46,609 nucleotides of DNA. Source: Myxococcales bacterium. GTDB lineage: Bacteria; Myxococcota; Myxococcia; Myxococcales; Anaeromyxobacteraceae. Below the pieces are notes generated by a model, which saw only the letters and a program-made list of their open reading frames with translations, was not told where the DNA came from and ran no database searches. The stretch spans positions 1 through 46,609 of the forward strand of contig JBBQEB010000009.1 of assembly GCA_038320275.1 (NCBI GenBank), given 5' to 3'. This document shows, one piece after another, positions 22,229-32,619 of the stretch. The translations under genes were made by a program, and so were the position numbers. Position 1 is the first letter of the stretch; each line of letters begins with the position of its first letter.

Positions 22229-25200
22229 ATGATCCGTCCCGCCCGCCTCCTGGCGTCCCTCGCTGCTGGCCTCGCGCTCGCCTCGGGCGCGACCTACGCG
22301 CTCTTCTCGGCGCGGGCGGGGGCGTCCCCCCAGACGTTCCAGCCTGCCGCGCGCGACGCCAAGGACGACTCCGATTACCCGCTGGAGTCTCTGCCCATCT
22401 TCTCGCGGGCGGTCACCCTGGTGGCGGAGCAGTACGTCGATCCGAAGCGCATCGAGCCGAAGGGCATGGTGCTGGCGGCGCTGGAGATGGTGGAGAAGAC
22501 CGTGGCGGAGGTCATGGTCGAGGGCGACGTGCGGTCCGGGAAGCCGCTCACCCTCACCGTCGGCTCGGCCACGCGGCCCATCGACCTCTCCGGCGTGGAC
22601 AGCATCTGGAAGGTCCGCAACGTGATGAGCGACGCCATGGGCTTCATCCAGAAGCACCTCGTCGCCCACAAGAACCTGCGCGAGATCGAGTACGCGGCCA
22701 CGAACGGCATGCTCTCCACGCTCGATCCGCACTCGGTGCTGCTCGAGCCCAAGATGTTCCGCGAGATGCGCATGCAGACGAAAGGCGAGTTCGGCGGGCT
22801 CGGCTTCGTCATCGCCATGCGCGACGGCAACCTGAGCGTCGTGCGCGTGCTGAAGGGCACCCCGGCCCAGAAGGCCGGCATCAAGCCCAAGGACGTCATC
22901 ACCAAGATCGGCGAGCAGTCCACGGTGAACATGGACCTGCAGGACGCCGTGGACCGGCTGCGCGGCCGCCCCGCCACCCGCGTCTCCATCACCATCGCCC
23001 GCACCGTCTGGCCGGAGGCCCGCCGCTTCGACCTCGCCCGGGAGGTCATCAGCGTCGAGACGGTGCCGCAGGCGAAGCTGCTCGCGAGCGGCGTGGGCTA
23101 CGTCAAGCTCTCCCAGTTCTCCGCCAACTCCACCCGCGACCTCTCCACCGCGGTGGCGCAGCAGCGGGCGCAGGCGGGCGGGGCGCTCAAGGGGCTCGTG
23201 CTCGACCTCCGCGGCAACCCGGGTGGCCTTCTGGAGCAGGCCATCAGCGTGTCCGACCTCTTCCTCTCCGAGGGCGTCATCGTGAAGACGGTGGGCGAGG
23301 GCATGAAGCTGCACGAGGTGAAGGAGGCGCACGCCGACCGCGACGACCTCGACAAGCTGCCCCTCGTCGTCATCGTCAACAACAGCTCGGCCTCCGCCAG
23401 CGAGATCGTCGCCGGCGCGCTCAAGAACAACAACCGCGCGCTGGTGATCGGGCGGCAGACCTTTGGCAAGGGCTCGGTGCAGATCCTGTCCGACTTCTCC
23501 GACCCGGCCCGCCCCTCCGAGGAGTCGGCGCTCAAGCTCACCATCGCCCAGTACCTCACGCCCGGTGACGTCTCCATCCAGGAGGTGGGCGTCTCACCCG
23601 ACGTGCTGCTCCTCCCCGGGCGCGTGCTCAAGGACGCGGTGAACTACTTCGCGCCGCCGCACATGATGGGCGAGGTCGATCTGGACAAGCACTTCTCCAA
23701 CCCGGCCGACGCGACGCTCTCGCAGGCCGAGCTGGAGAAGCGGGCGCTGGAGCGGCGCAACCGCACCGAGAAGGCCTCGCTCGAGCTGCGCTACCTCCTC
23801 GACGCCAAGGAGGACCTGGTCGCGAAGGCCATGAAGGCCGACGAGAAGCGCGAGGCGGCGGCGCGGGCTCACGGCGGGGCAGCGGTCGAGGAGCTCACGC
23901 CCGAGCAGCAGGAGGACGAGGACGCGGAGGCGAACCCGGACGAGCTGGTGGAGGACTACCAGATCCGCTTCGCCCGCGACCTCCTCGCCCGGGCACCTTT
24001 CGCCGACCGGCCGCGGCTGCTGGAGGCCGCCAAGGGGTTCGTCGCCGAGCGCCGCAACGAGGAGGAGGCGCGGCTTCAGGAGAAGCTCAGCGCGCTCGGC
24101 GTCGACTGGACGAGCGGCCCTGCGCAGGGCACACCGCGCGCCGCGGTGTCCGTCACTCCGCCACCCGGAAAGCGGCTGGTGGCGGGCGAGACGCTGCCCT
24201 GGACGGTCACGGTCGAGAACAAGGGCGACGGCCCGTTCCGCAGGCTCCGCGCCTGGACCGTGGTGGACAAGTCTCCTCTCTTCGACCGCCGCGAGTTCGT
24301 GTTCGGGCTGGTGAAGCCGGGCGAGAAGCGGAGCTGGTCGGTGCCGGTGAAGCTCCCGCGCGGCATGGACAGCCGCCACGAGGAGGTGCGGCTGCACTTC
24401 GAGGAGGAGGGGGGGCGGGCGCCGCCGGACGCGCTCACCGCGGTGGACGTCGTGGAGCAGCGCAAGCCGGTCTTCGCCTTCAGCGCGCAGGTGGAGGATC
24501 CCACCGGGAACGGCGACGGGCTGGTGCAGCGCGGCGAGGAGGTGAGCCTCCACGTGGACGTGCGCAACTCCGGGCTGGGCGCCTCGGGTGACAAGACGTA
24601 CGTCTCCGTGAAGAACCTCGGAGACGAGAAGGTATTCATCAAGAAGGGCCGGGTGGTGCTGGGCGCTCTAAAGCCGGGCGAGGTGAAGAGCGCCGTCCTG
24701 CAGCTCGAGGTGAAGAAGGGGCTCGAGGACGACCTCATGCCGCTGCGGGTGATGGTGGTGGACGAGAAATCGGACGAGTACGTCTCGGAGCGGCTGGAGT
24801 ACCCGGTGACCGACGCGGGCAAGCCGCGCGTGGCCGCCTCCGGCACGGTGCGCGTCGCTGCGCAGGCGCTCCTGGTCCGCACGGGCGCGTCCGCGGAGGC
24901 GCCGCCCATCGCGCAGGCAAAGAAGGGCGCGGTCCTCCCGGTCGCGGGGCGATCCGGAGACTTCATCCAGGTGGAATGGCAGAAGGGCCGCACTGGATTC
25001 GTCGGCGCCGCCGACGTGGAGCCCGGGCGCGGGGCTCGGGCCTCCGGTCCGCTGGCGGAGGTGTGGCAGCGCGAGCCGCCCCGCATCACCCTCGCGCCCG
25101 ATCCGGCCTCGGGCGCGCCGGTGGTGGACGGCGACAAGCTGCGCATCGAGGGGTCTGCCTCCGTCTCGCCGGGGCTGCCGGGCGCGCGCACCAAGCTGCG

Positions 25201-25459
25201 CGACGTCTTCGTGTTCGCGAACGAGCAGAAGGTCTTCTTCCGCGTCGTCCCCGAGGCGGGCGGGGCGGCCCGGATGGACTTCTCCGCCGAGGTCCCGCTC
25301 AAGCCCGGCAACAACGTCGTCACCGTCTATGCGCGGGAGGACGAGGAGTTCCAGACGCGAAGGACCTTCTACGTCTATCGGCGCGGGGGGTCGGAGGTCG
25401 CTCGAGGCGCTCAGGGCACCCAGGCCGCGAGCGCCCCGGCGGCAGCTCCGCCGCGGTGA
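22229..25459 (+). CDS. Large S41 carboxyl-terminal-processing serine peptidase (myxobacterial MXAN_5808-like) with PDZ, Ig-like and SH3-like domains
   Basis: LDPHS, GLGFVI (PDZ), LDLRGNPGGLL, SASASEI, QTFGKGSVQ; C-terminal beta-rich modules. Confidence 0.9.
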   Translation: MIRPARLLASLAAGLALASGATYALFSARAGASPQTFQPAARDAKDDSDYPLESLPIFSRAVTLVAEQYVDPKRIEPKGMVLAALEMVEKTVAEVMVEGDVRSGKPLTLTVGSATRPIDLSGVDSIWKVRNVMSDAMGFIQKHLVAHKNLREIEYAATNGMLSTLDPHSVLLEPKMFREMRMQTKGEFGGLGFVIAMRDGNLSVVRVLKGTPAQKAGIKPKDVITKIGEQSTVNMDLQDAVDRLRGRPATRVSITIARTVWPEARRFDLAREVISVETVPQAKLLASGVGYVKLSQFSANSTRDLSTAVAQQRAQAGGALKGLVLDLRGNPGGLLEQAISVSDLFLSEGVIVKTVGEGMKLHEVKEAHADRDDLDKLPLVVIVNNSSASASEIVAGALKNNNRALVIGRQTFGKGSVQILSDFSDPARPSEESALKLTIAQYLTPGDVSIQEVGVSPDVLLLPGRVLKDAVNYFAPPHMMGEVDLDKHFSNPADATLSQAELEKRALERRNRTEKASLELRYLLDAKEDLVAKAMKADEKREAAARAHGGAAVEELTPEQQEDEDAEANPDELVEDYQIRFARDLLARAPFADRPRLLEAAKGFVAERRNEEEARLQEKLSALGVDWTSGPAQGTPRAAVSVTPPPGKRLVAGETLPWTVTVENKGDGPFRRLRAWTVVDKSPLFDRREFVFGLVKPGEKRSWSVPVKLPRGMDSRHEEVRLHFEEEGGRAPPDALTAVDVVEQRKPVFAFSAQVEDPTGNGDGLVQRGEEVSLHVDVRNSGLGASGDKTYVSVKNLGDEKVFIKKGRVVLGALKPGEVKSAVLQLEVKKGLEDDLMPLRVMVVDEKSDEYVSERLEYPVTDAGKPRVAASGTVRVAAQALLVRTGASAEAPPIAQAKKGAVLPVAGRSGDFIQVEWQKGRTGFVGAADVEPGRGARASGPLAEVWQREPPRITLAPDPASGAPVVDGDKLRIEGSASVSPGLPGARTKLRDVFVFANEQKVFFRVVPEAGGAARMDFSAEVPLKPGNNVVTVYAREDEEFQTRRTFYVYRRGGSEVARGAQGTQAASAPAAAPPR

Positions 25460-25663
25460 CCTGAGGGCGTCCCTCGGTCTAGGGCCGCCGGGGAGCGGCG
25501 CAGCGAAGCCGAGCCCAGCCTTGGGCGGGCGGTCTCGCCCTGGTCGACTCGGCCGCACGCCGATGACCCGCCGCCCTTCACCTTGCGCGCTCGGCCCCGC
25601 CATCTGTCCTCGCGCGGCCGGTTCCTTCGTCCCCGGGTGAACCTCAAGTAGAGTCCCGGACGA

Positions 25664-28600
25664 ATGATCGAGGCGGAGCGCGCGAGGGAGCCTGTCTCAC
25701 CCCCGAGCGACGGGCTCGAGCTCAGGCTCGAGCGCGGCGCCGCCCTGATCGCGTTGCGCCCTCAGTCGCTCCTCCCTGGCATCGAGCTCCTCTCCCTCGT
25801 CCTGCGCGTGCCGGAGGTGCGCTATCCCTTGGACGTCGCCGCCGGGCCTTCGCAGTTCCGGGACTGCCCCTGCGAGCTGGACGCCCTCGAGCTCGAGATC
25901 CATCCGGCAGCGCTCGCCGAGCTGGCGAGCCGCCTCGCCCTGGCAGGCTCCGGGCTCGCCCGGATCGAGGTCGCCCTGCGGGCGGGATTCCTGGAAGTGA
26001 GCGGAGCGCTGGCGGACGGCACCCCCTTTTCCGTGCGCGGCGAGCTCCGCCCCTCCAGCGAGGGCGAGCTGGAGCTCTTCCTCCACGGCGGCGTGCTCTA
26101 TCGGCCATGCGCGCTCGCGAGCGCCGAGCTCCCGGCGCGCGTCGCGGCCGCTCTCGCCCGGTTTGGCGCCGCGGAAGGAGGTGCGGTTCGCCTGCCCATC
26201 CTCTCCCAGGTCCTGGATCGGCTGCTGCCGCCTCGAGGCTGGACCATGCCGGGGACGGGCGCTGCGCGGCTCGCCCTCGCCCTCGCCGAGGAGGGCCGGC
26301 TGCGCCTCGCATGGGGGCGGGAGCCGGTCGCGGAAGCGGCGGCCGGCAACTCCGGCCGTTTTGTGCTCGCCGCGATCGAAGAAGGGTGCCGCGCCTTCGC
26401 GCCCGCGGAAGCGCTGCTCGCGAGGGGCGACCGCGCCGGTGCCCTGCTCGCCTACCGCGCAGCGCGAGCGAAGCTCGCCCGGACCGATCCGCGCCGGACC
26501 TTCGGCAGTGAGCGCATCCTCTCCCTGCTCGCTGCCGAAGAGGCCCTGCACGACGAGGCCCTCGATCAGGCGGAGGCGCTCCTGGAGAGGGACCCCGCTT
26601 CCGTTTCCGCGACGGCGGCGGTGGCGCTGGTGCGTACCGCACGCGGCGAGTGGGAGCTCGCGGCCGAGGCGCTGGCGAGCCTCGAGGCGGGGGCCGCGGA
26701 GCGCGGCGAGAGCACCTCGGCCCTGCTGGCAGCGGCGGCGTGCCTCGCGCTGGGCGGGAGGGGACGCGCCCCCGCCCAGACCCGGGCGATGGAGACGCCC
26801 TCGGTTGGGCGCGAGGCTCCACACGCCCGGGCGGAGCCCAGCCCTGCGCCTCAGCCCCCGGGCACGGGGGCGCGCCCGGCGCGCAGCCCATCCGGCCACA
26901 CTACGCGGGAGACCTCCCGCCTCGAGCCGGCGGCGGGAGCGGCCGTCCTGCAGCGCGCTGGCGAGCTCCTGCTGGGGCGGGCGCGCCGGCTGGTGGAGCT
27001 GGGGAGCTTCGGGGAGGCGGACCGCGCCTTCGGCGATGCGCTGGCGCGTCTTCCACCCGACGCGGGCCTCTCCCGCGAGCACGCCCTGCTCCGGCGGGAC
27101 GGGCCGGAAGAGCTCCGCGCCCTCCTCTGGGCCGAGCCGCTGGAGGAGCTGGCGCGGCGCACGCCCGACGAGGTCTCGGCTGCGCACCTGTACCGCGAAG
27201 CCGCCGAGGCGGCGCGGGCGCAAGGGGATGGCCCGGCGGCGCTCCGCTGCGCACGGGCGGCGATGGCGCGTGGCGGGGAGGACCTGGCGTTCGCCGGAGC
27301 CCTGCTCGGGCGCGTCCTCTACGCGAGCGGGGCGGCCGGCGAGGCGCTCGCGCTCGGGCAGCGCCTCCTGGCGGCGGGGCTTCCGGAGGAGGGGGACGAG
27401 GACGGCCCGGACCTCTGCATGGAGCTGGCGGAGCTCGCCGCGGACGCGGATGACCGCGCGCTCGCGGTGGTCGCGCTGGACCGTCATCTGGCGCTCCGCC
27501 CTGCGGGAATCGAGCTCGCGCTCCGGCGCTTCGCGCTCGATCCGGACCGCGCCCGTGCCGTCCGCGCGCTCGCGTCGGCGGCTCCCGGCACCCGCAGCGC
27601 CGGCCAGCGCGCGGAGGCGTTCTCGCGCGCCGCGGTCGCGGCCCTGCGCGAGCTCGGCGACCCCGCGCTCTCGGACGCCCTTTTCGCCCGGGCGCGCTCG
27701 GCCGCGCGGGACCTCCCTGCCGCGCTCGCGCGCGTCGAGAGCGCGCGTGTGGAGGCCCTGCGCGGCGAGTACCACCCGGACAGCCCGCAGCCTCCCACCG
27801 AGCTGTTGCAGGCCCTCCGAGCGCTGGCGGCGCTGCGCGGGAGCTCTCGGGGCGCGGCCGGCTCGGAAGCGGCGCGCGCGCTCCTGGAGGAGCTCGCCGT
27901 CCTGGAGGCCCGCCACGGTCTCGATCGGGAGGCGCTGCGCGACCGCCTCGAGCTGGAGGCGAGCGCCGCGGCGGCGGGCGATACGGCCGGAGCGGGTCGG
28001 AGCGCGCGCGCGGCCGGGCTCCTCCTCGTGGAGCGGCTGGGCGACGCGGAGGGCGGCGCCGCCGCTCTCCGGCGGGCGCTCGCGCACGACCCGTCCGACG
28101 CGCGCGCCTGGGGCGCGCTGGAGCTCGCCGAGGGTGGACGGGCCCGGGCTTCCGGGGGTGAGGGTAGAGAAGCGGCCCCGCGCGCGCCGCCCCACCCCGC
28201 CGACCGGGCCGTGCTGAGGGAAGCGGCGCGCCTCGCGCTCTCGGCCGGCCGCGGCGACGCCGCCCGGGCACACCTCTGGTCGCTCGCGCGCTCGGACCCG
28301 CGCGACGAGGCCAGCGCACGCCTGCTCCTCTCCGCGCTCGCCGGCCGCCACGCGGAGCTGGGCGAGCTCCTGCTCCTCCTCGCCCGCGCCGCGCCGGGGA
28401 GGGAGCGCGCCGGACGCTTCCAGGAGGCCGCGCGCGCGCTGGCTTCGGCGGGTGATGCCGCCGGCGCGCGGCGCGCGGCCCGCGAAGCGTTCGAGGCCTG
28501 GCCGGCGGATGACACCGCCTTCGCCGCCGCACTGCGGGACGCGGGGGCCGATGTGGACCGGCTCGACGCGGTGCTCGCGGCGCGCGCAGCCGCTGTCCCC

Positions 28601-30328
28601 GCCGAGGGGGCGGCTTGCCATCACTCCCGGGCCGGCACCCTGCTCGCCGCCGGCCGATCGGATGCTGCGCTGGAGGCGTACCAGGCCTGCCTCGACCTCG
28701 ACCCGGAGGATGCCGCCGCCCTCGCGCACCTCGCGGACGCGCAGGCCGGGCGCGCCGGTGATGCCGCTGCGGCGGCGCTGGACACCCGCCTGGTGAACCT
28801 CTCGGAGCGACAGCCCGGTCGCGTGGCGCCCGCGGTGGAGGCGGCCGCCCGCTACCGCCTCGGCCTCGAGGCGGCTCGCTCGGGAAAGGGTGAAGGGGCT
28901 GTCCGCCAGCTCGCGCGCGCCCTCGCGCTCGCGCCCGATGGCGAGCGCGCGGGGGAGGCGCGGACCGCGCTGGAGGCGGCCAGGGCAAGGTCGAGGGGGA
29001 TCGCGGCCGAGCGCCCGTCGGCGACCCCGACCTCGACCTCGAACGCGACCTCGACCTCGAACGCGACCTCGACCGCGACCGCAACCCCGACCGCGACCCC
29101 GACCGCGACCTCGACCGCGACCTCGACCGCAACCCCGACCCCGACCCCGACCCCGACCGCGACCCCGACCGCGACCCCGACCCCGACCGCGACCCCGACC
29201 CCGACCCCGACCTCGACCTCGACCCCGACCTCGACCCCGACCTCGACCTCGACCCCGACCCCGACCTCGACTCCGACCCGACTCCGGGCGCGCTCCTCAC
29301 CGCCTCCACCTCCCGGCCTCGACGAAGCTGTAGTACCCGCCGGTCGCCACGATGACGTGGTCCCTCGCCAGCACGCCCACCAGCTCCGCGGCCGCGCGCA
29401 GGCGCTCCGTGAGGTCCATATCCTCAGGGCTCGGCGATGGGTCGCCGGACGGATGGTTGTGCGCGAACACCACCCCGTGAGCGCCCTCGCGCACGGCCGG
29501 CCGGAGCGCGTCGCGCGGCGAGACGGGGCACTGGCTCAACGACCCTTCCGCAACCTGCACCGCCTTCAAGAGTCGTCCCCGGACGTCCAGCAGCACGACG
29601 TGGAAGCCCTCGCGCTCCGCGTGCGCCGCATGCCGGAGCAGCTCCTGGACGCGCCCGGGGTCGAGGCAGCGCTCGCCGCGGCGGGGCGGCGACCACGCGC
29701 CCCTTCGCCCCAGTTCGAACGCTGCCGCGAGCGCGGCGCCGCGCGCGAGGCCGATGCCCGGCGAGCCCGCGAGCGCCTCCGGCGACGACCAGGCCAGCTC
29801 CACCATGCCGCGCTCCTCTACCAGCCGGAGCGCGGCTGCGCGCGCGGAGAGACGAGCGCTTCCGGTGCCGAGGACGAGCGCTACCAGGTCTGCGTCCGAC
29901 AGCGAGCGTGCGCCAGCGGCGAGCAGCCGCTCGCGAGGCATGTCCGGCCGGATTTCGGGATCGTGCATGCCATGCCGCGGAGCAACGCACGTGCCGCTCG
30001 GCCCGGACGCCCACCTTGCGGGCGAGCACGTCCGAGGTCCATCCCACGCGGCCGCCGGTCCGCGCGGCGGCCCCCGATGGAACGTAACCGGCGGTCGGGT
30101 GTATCGTTTCGAGCGATCCCGTGCCCTCCGCCAGCCCAACCGGTGCTCCGTCCGATCCCGTCCGGCTTCTCCGGGCGCTGCGGATGGTGCACGCGTGCAA
30201 CGCGCTCCTGGTTCACGCGGAGGACGAGGGGCAGCTCCTCGAGGGCCTGTGCCAGGTCCTGGTCGGCGACGGCGCGTACGCCTTCGCCTGGATCGGCTTC
30301 GCGAGCGACGACGCCGCGCGCTCGGTAG
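25664..30328 (+). CDS. Large Ala/Arg-rich TPR-like protein; protein-like only to ~29020, then a Thr/Pro/Ser repeat and read-through antisense to radC (true 3' end uncertain)
   Basis: TPR-like helices (ALEAYQACLDLDPEDAAALAHL, ALRRALAHDPSDARAW); no in-frame stop until 30328. Confidence 0.6.
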   Translation: MIEAERAREPVSPPSDGLELRLERGAALIALRPQSLLPGIELLSLVLRVPEVRYPLDVAAGPSQFRDCPCELDALELEIHPAALAELASRLALAGSGLARIEVALRAGFLEVSGALADGTPFSVRGELRPSSEGELELFLHGGVLYRPCALASAELPARVAAALARFGAAEGGAVRLPILSQVLDRLLPPRGWTMPGTGAARLALALAEEGRLRLAWGREPVAEAAAGNSGRFVLAAIEEGCRAFAPAEALLARGDRAGALLAYRAARAKLARTDPRRTFGSERILSLLAAEEALHDEALDQAEALLERDPASVSATAAVALVRTARGEWELAAEALASLEAGAAERGESTSALLAAAACLALGGRGRAPAQTRAMETPSVGREAPHARAEPSPAPQPPGTGARPARSPSGHTTRETSRLEPAAGAAVLQRAGELLLGRARRLVELGSFGEADRAFGDALARLPPDAGLSREHALLRRDGPEELRALLWAEPLEELARRTPDEVSAAHLYREAAEAARAQGDGPAALRCARAAMARGGEDLAFAGALLGRVLYASGAAGEALALGQRLLAAGLPEEGDEDGPDLCMELAELAADADDRALAVVALDRHLALRPAGIELALRRFALDPDRARAVRALASAAPGTRSAGQRAEAFSRAAVAALRELGDPALSDALFARARSAARDLPAALARVESARVEALRGEYHPDSPQPPTELLQALRALAALRGSSRGAAGSEAARALLEELAVLEARHGLDREALRDRLELEASAAAAGDTAGAGRSARAAGLLLVERLGDAEGGAAALRRALAHDPSDARAWGALELAEGGRARASGGEGREAAPRAPPHPADRAVLREAARLALSAGRGDAARAHLWSLARSDPRDEASARLLLSALAGRHAELGELLLLLARAAPGRERAGRFQEAARALASAGDAAGARRAAREAFEAWPADDTAFAAALRDAGADVDRLDAVLAARAAAVPAEGAACHHSRAGTLLAAGRSDAALEAYQACLDLDPEDAAALAHLADAQAGRAGDAAAAALDTRLVNLSERQPGRVAPAVEAAARYRLGLEAARSGKGEGAVRQLARALALAPDGERAGEARTALEAARARSRGIAAERPSATPTSTSNATSTSNATSTATATPTATPTATSTATSTATPTPTPTPTATPTATPTPTATPTPTPTSTSTPTSTPTSTSTPTPTSTPTRLRARSSPPPPPGLDEAVVPAGRHDDVVPRQHAHQLRGRAQALREVHILRARRWVAGRMVVREHHPVSALAHGRPERVARRDGALAQRPFRNLHRLQESSPDVQQHDVEALALRVRRMPEQLLDAPGVEAALAAAGRRPRAPSPQFERCRERGAAREADARRARERLRRRPGQLHHAALLYQPERGCARGETSASGAEDERYQVCVRQRACASGEQPLARHVRPDFGIVHAMPRSNARAARPGRPPCGRARPRSIPRGRRSARRPPMERNRRSGVSFRAIPCPPPAQPVLRPIPSGFSGRCGWCTRATRSWFTRRTRGSSSRACARSWSATARTPSPGSASRATTPRAR
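29022..29283 (+). repeat. CGACCN hexamer tandem repeat (~43 units) in frame with the TPR-like ORF
   Basis: cgaccc/cgacct/cgaccg units, strictly 6 nt apart from one 5-nt unit at 29274-29278. Confidence 0.97.
29297..29968 (-). CDS. radC: RadC/UPF0758 JAB-MPN domain protein
   Basis: PRERLL, LSDADLVALVLGTG, HhH-like PGIGLAR, AHNHPSGDPSPSPED, DHVIV. Confidence 0.95.
   Translation of the reverse strand: MHDPEIRPDMPRERLLAAGARSLSDADLVALVLGTGSARLSARAAALRLVEERGMVELAWSSPEALAGSPGIGLARGAALAAAFELGRRGAWSPPRRGERCLDPGRVQELLRHAAHAEREGFHVVLLDVRGRLLKAVQVAEGSLSQCPVSPRDALRPAVREGAHGVVFAHNHPSGDPSPSPEDMDLTERLRAAAELVGVLARDHVIVATGGYYSFVEAGRWRR
29981..29996 (-). promoter_or_regulatory. sigma54 (-24/-12) promoter CGGCACGTGCGTTGCT upstream of radC
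   Basis: Matches YGGCACG-N4-TTGCW with exact spacing. Confidence 0.7.
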
Positions 30329-32595
30329 TTCCAGGCGCCTCCGCTGGGCGCGGCGACGGTTACCTGGAAGCCCTCGCCGCCACCTGGTCGGAGGGGCCTC
30401 GGGGGAGAGGCCCGGTCGGCACCTGCATCCGGACCAATGCCCCCTGCGTGTTCCGCGACCTCGCCGACCCTCGCTTCACACCGTGGGCTCCGGAGGCTGC
30501 GCGCCGCGGCTTCCGCGCGGTCGGCTGCTTCCCGCTGCTGGACGAGCGGGAGGCGTTCGGCCTGCTCGCGGTCTACGCCTCCGAGCCGGTCGTCTTCGAC
30601 GAGGCCGAGCACAAGCTCCTGCAGGAGCTGGCGGACGGGCTGGCCTTCGGGCTGCGCGCCCGCCGCGCCGACGCCATGCGCAGTGAGCTCGAGGAGTCCC
30701 TGGCGCACCAGCTCGAGGAGCTGCACCGGCGCGAGGACGACTACCGCACCATCATCCAGACCTCCATCGACGGCTTCGCCATGGCGGACGCCACCGGTTG
30801 TGTCGTCGATGTGAACGATGCCTTCTGCTCCATGCTGGGCTCCTCCCGCGAGGAGCTCGTCGGCAAGGCGCTGGCCGACATCACCGCCGCGCCCGGCGTC
30901 ACCCGCCTGCGGGAGGCCGTGCGCGCGGGAAATACCCACGTCCGCATCCGCCACCTGCGGCGCGACGGGCGCGAGGTCGATCTGGAGGTGAGCGCCAGCT
31001 TCCTCGACGCGCAGGGGGCACGCGTGGCCGCCTTCGTTCGGGACGTGACGGACGAGGTCCGCGCGGAGGAGGCGCTCCGCGAAGCCCAGGCGCGGCTCTA
31101 CCAGGTGCTCGCCAGCGCGCCGGTGGCGCTGTACGCGGTCGATGCCGCCGGCAACGTGACGCTGGCGCAGGGGAAGGCTCTCGCCCCGCGCGGCGAGCTC
31201 GCGGGTCGTTCCGTCCTGGACTCTTCGCAGGACCCCGCCTGGGTGGACGCCTGGAAGCGCGCTCTGGGCGGGCAGGCGTTCACCACCACGCTCTACACCG
31301 CCAACCATGCCCTCGAGGCGCACCTCTCGCCCATGCGCAGCGACCAGGGCGCGGTCGTCGGCGCCAGCTGCGTCGCGCTCGACGTGACCGACCGCGAGCG
31401 ATCGGCGGAGGCACTGCGGCGCACGGAGGAGCAGAGCCGGCTCTTCCAGCAGCAGTTCCTCCAGGCGCAGAAGCTGGAGGCGGTGGGGCGGCTGGCGGGG
31501 GGCATCGCGCACGACTTCAACAACCTCCTCACCGCCATCAACGGCTACGCCGACCTGCTCGTCACCGAGCTGGCCGAAGGCGATCCGCGCCGGGAGGACG
31601 CCGCCGAGATCTCCCGCGCCGGCCATCGCGCGGCCGCGCTGACCCGGCAGCTCCTGCTGTTCAGCCGCCGCGAGCGCCCGGTGCTCGAGACCTTCGATCT
31701 GGGAGAGGCGGTGGGCGCGCTCTCCCACATGCTCCGCCGCGTCATCGGCGAGGACGTGCGGCTCACCATCGACCTGCACCACGCCGGCGTGCGCGCCGAC
31801 CGGGGCCAGCTCGAGCAGCTCGTGCTGAACCTCGCGGTGAACGCCCGCGACGCGATGCCGGGTGGCGGGACGCTCACCCTGTTCTCCGAAGCCTCGAGCG
31901 CGCCGCCGCGAACGCCTCCATTGGCGGGCACCGCCGCGCCCGGCCAGTGGTGGGCGGTACTACGAGTCTCCGACACCGGCTGCGGGATGACCGACGAGGT
32001 GCGGGCTCACGTCTTCGAGCCTTTCTTCACCACCAAGGAGCGAGGCAAGGGCACCGGGCTCGGCCTCGCCACCGTCTACGGGATCGTCCAGCAGCTCGCC
32101 GGCAGCATCGACGTCGCGACCGCGGTGGGAAGGGGGACGACCTTCACCATTCACCTGCCGCTGGCGGAGGGCCCGGTCCAGCACCCGGAGGCGCCCGCCC
32201 GGCCCTCCGGCGCACCGAGGCCGGCCGGCAGCGCCACGGTGCTGGTGGTCGAGGACGACGAGGCGGTGAGGCGCCTCGTCTTGAAGGTACTGGTGGAGCG
32301 GGGCTTCTGCGTGCTCGAGGCGGCCGACGGCACCGAGGCGGTGCGACTGTGCAGCTCGCACCCGGAGCCCATCCACGCGGTGCTCACCGACGTGGTCATG
32401 CCCGGGATGTCCGGCGGCGAGGTGAGCCGTGCCGCCGGCCGCCTGCGCCCCGACGCCCGCGTGCTCTACATGTCCGGGCATCCGGAGGACGTCATCGCCC
32501 GCCAGGACCTGGCGGGTGAGCGCGCGCCGCTGCTCCGCAAGCCCTTCACGCCGGAGTCGCTGCTGGCCGCGGTGGAGGGGCTCCTCGCGCGTTGA
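30121..32595 (+). CDS. Hybrid sensor histidine kinase (GAF-PAS-PAS-HisKA-HATPase-REC)
   Basis: [16 protein letters not shown]-box, [24 protein letters not shown], receiver [11 protein letters not shown] and LRKPF. Confidence 0.95.
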   Translation: MPSASPTGAPSDPVRLLRALRMVHACNALLVHAEDEGQLLEGLCQVLVGDGAYAFAWIGFASDDAARSVVPGASAGRGDGYLEALAATWSEGPRGRGPVGTCIRTNAPCVFRDLADPRFTPWAPEAARRGFRAVGCFPLLDEREAFGLLAVYASEPVVFDEAEHKLLQELADGLAFGLRARRADAMRSELEESLAHQLEELHRREDDYRTIIQTSIDGFAMADATGCVVDVNDAFCSMLGSSREELVGKALADITAAPGVTRLREAVRAGNTHVRIRHLRRDGREVDLEVSASFLDAQGARVAAFVRDVTDEVRAEEALREAQARLYQVLASAPVALYAVDAAGNVTLAQGKALAPRGELAGRSVLDSSQDPAWVDAWKRALGGQAFTTTLYTANHALEAHLSPMRSDQGAVVGASCVALDVTDRERSAEALRRTEEQSRLFQQQFLQAQKLEAVGRLAGGIAHDFNNLLTAINGYADLLVTELAEGDPRREDAAEISRAGHRAAALTRQLLLFSRRERPVLETFDLGEAVGALSHMLRRVIGEDVRLTIDLHHAGVRADRGQLEQLVLNLAVNARDAMPGGGTLTLFSEASSAPPRTPPLAGTAAPGQWWAVLRVSDTGCGMTDEVRAHVFEPFFTTKERGKGTGLGLATVYGIVQQLAGSIDVATAVGRGTTFTIHLPLAEGPVQHPEAPARPSGAPRPAGSATVLVVEDDEAVRRLVLKVLVERGFCVLEAADGTEAVRLCSSHPEPIHAVLTDVVMPGMSGGEVSRAAGRLRPDARVLYMSGHPEDVIARQDLAGERAPLLRKPFTPESLLAAVEGLLAR

Positions 32596-32619
32596 GCGCG
32601 GCGCCCCTCCACGAGGCTC

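Noticed and set aside
29297..29968. radC as a marker of an integrative element
   Set aside because: Full-length form with HhH region and host-like codon usage; no mobile genes nearby
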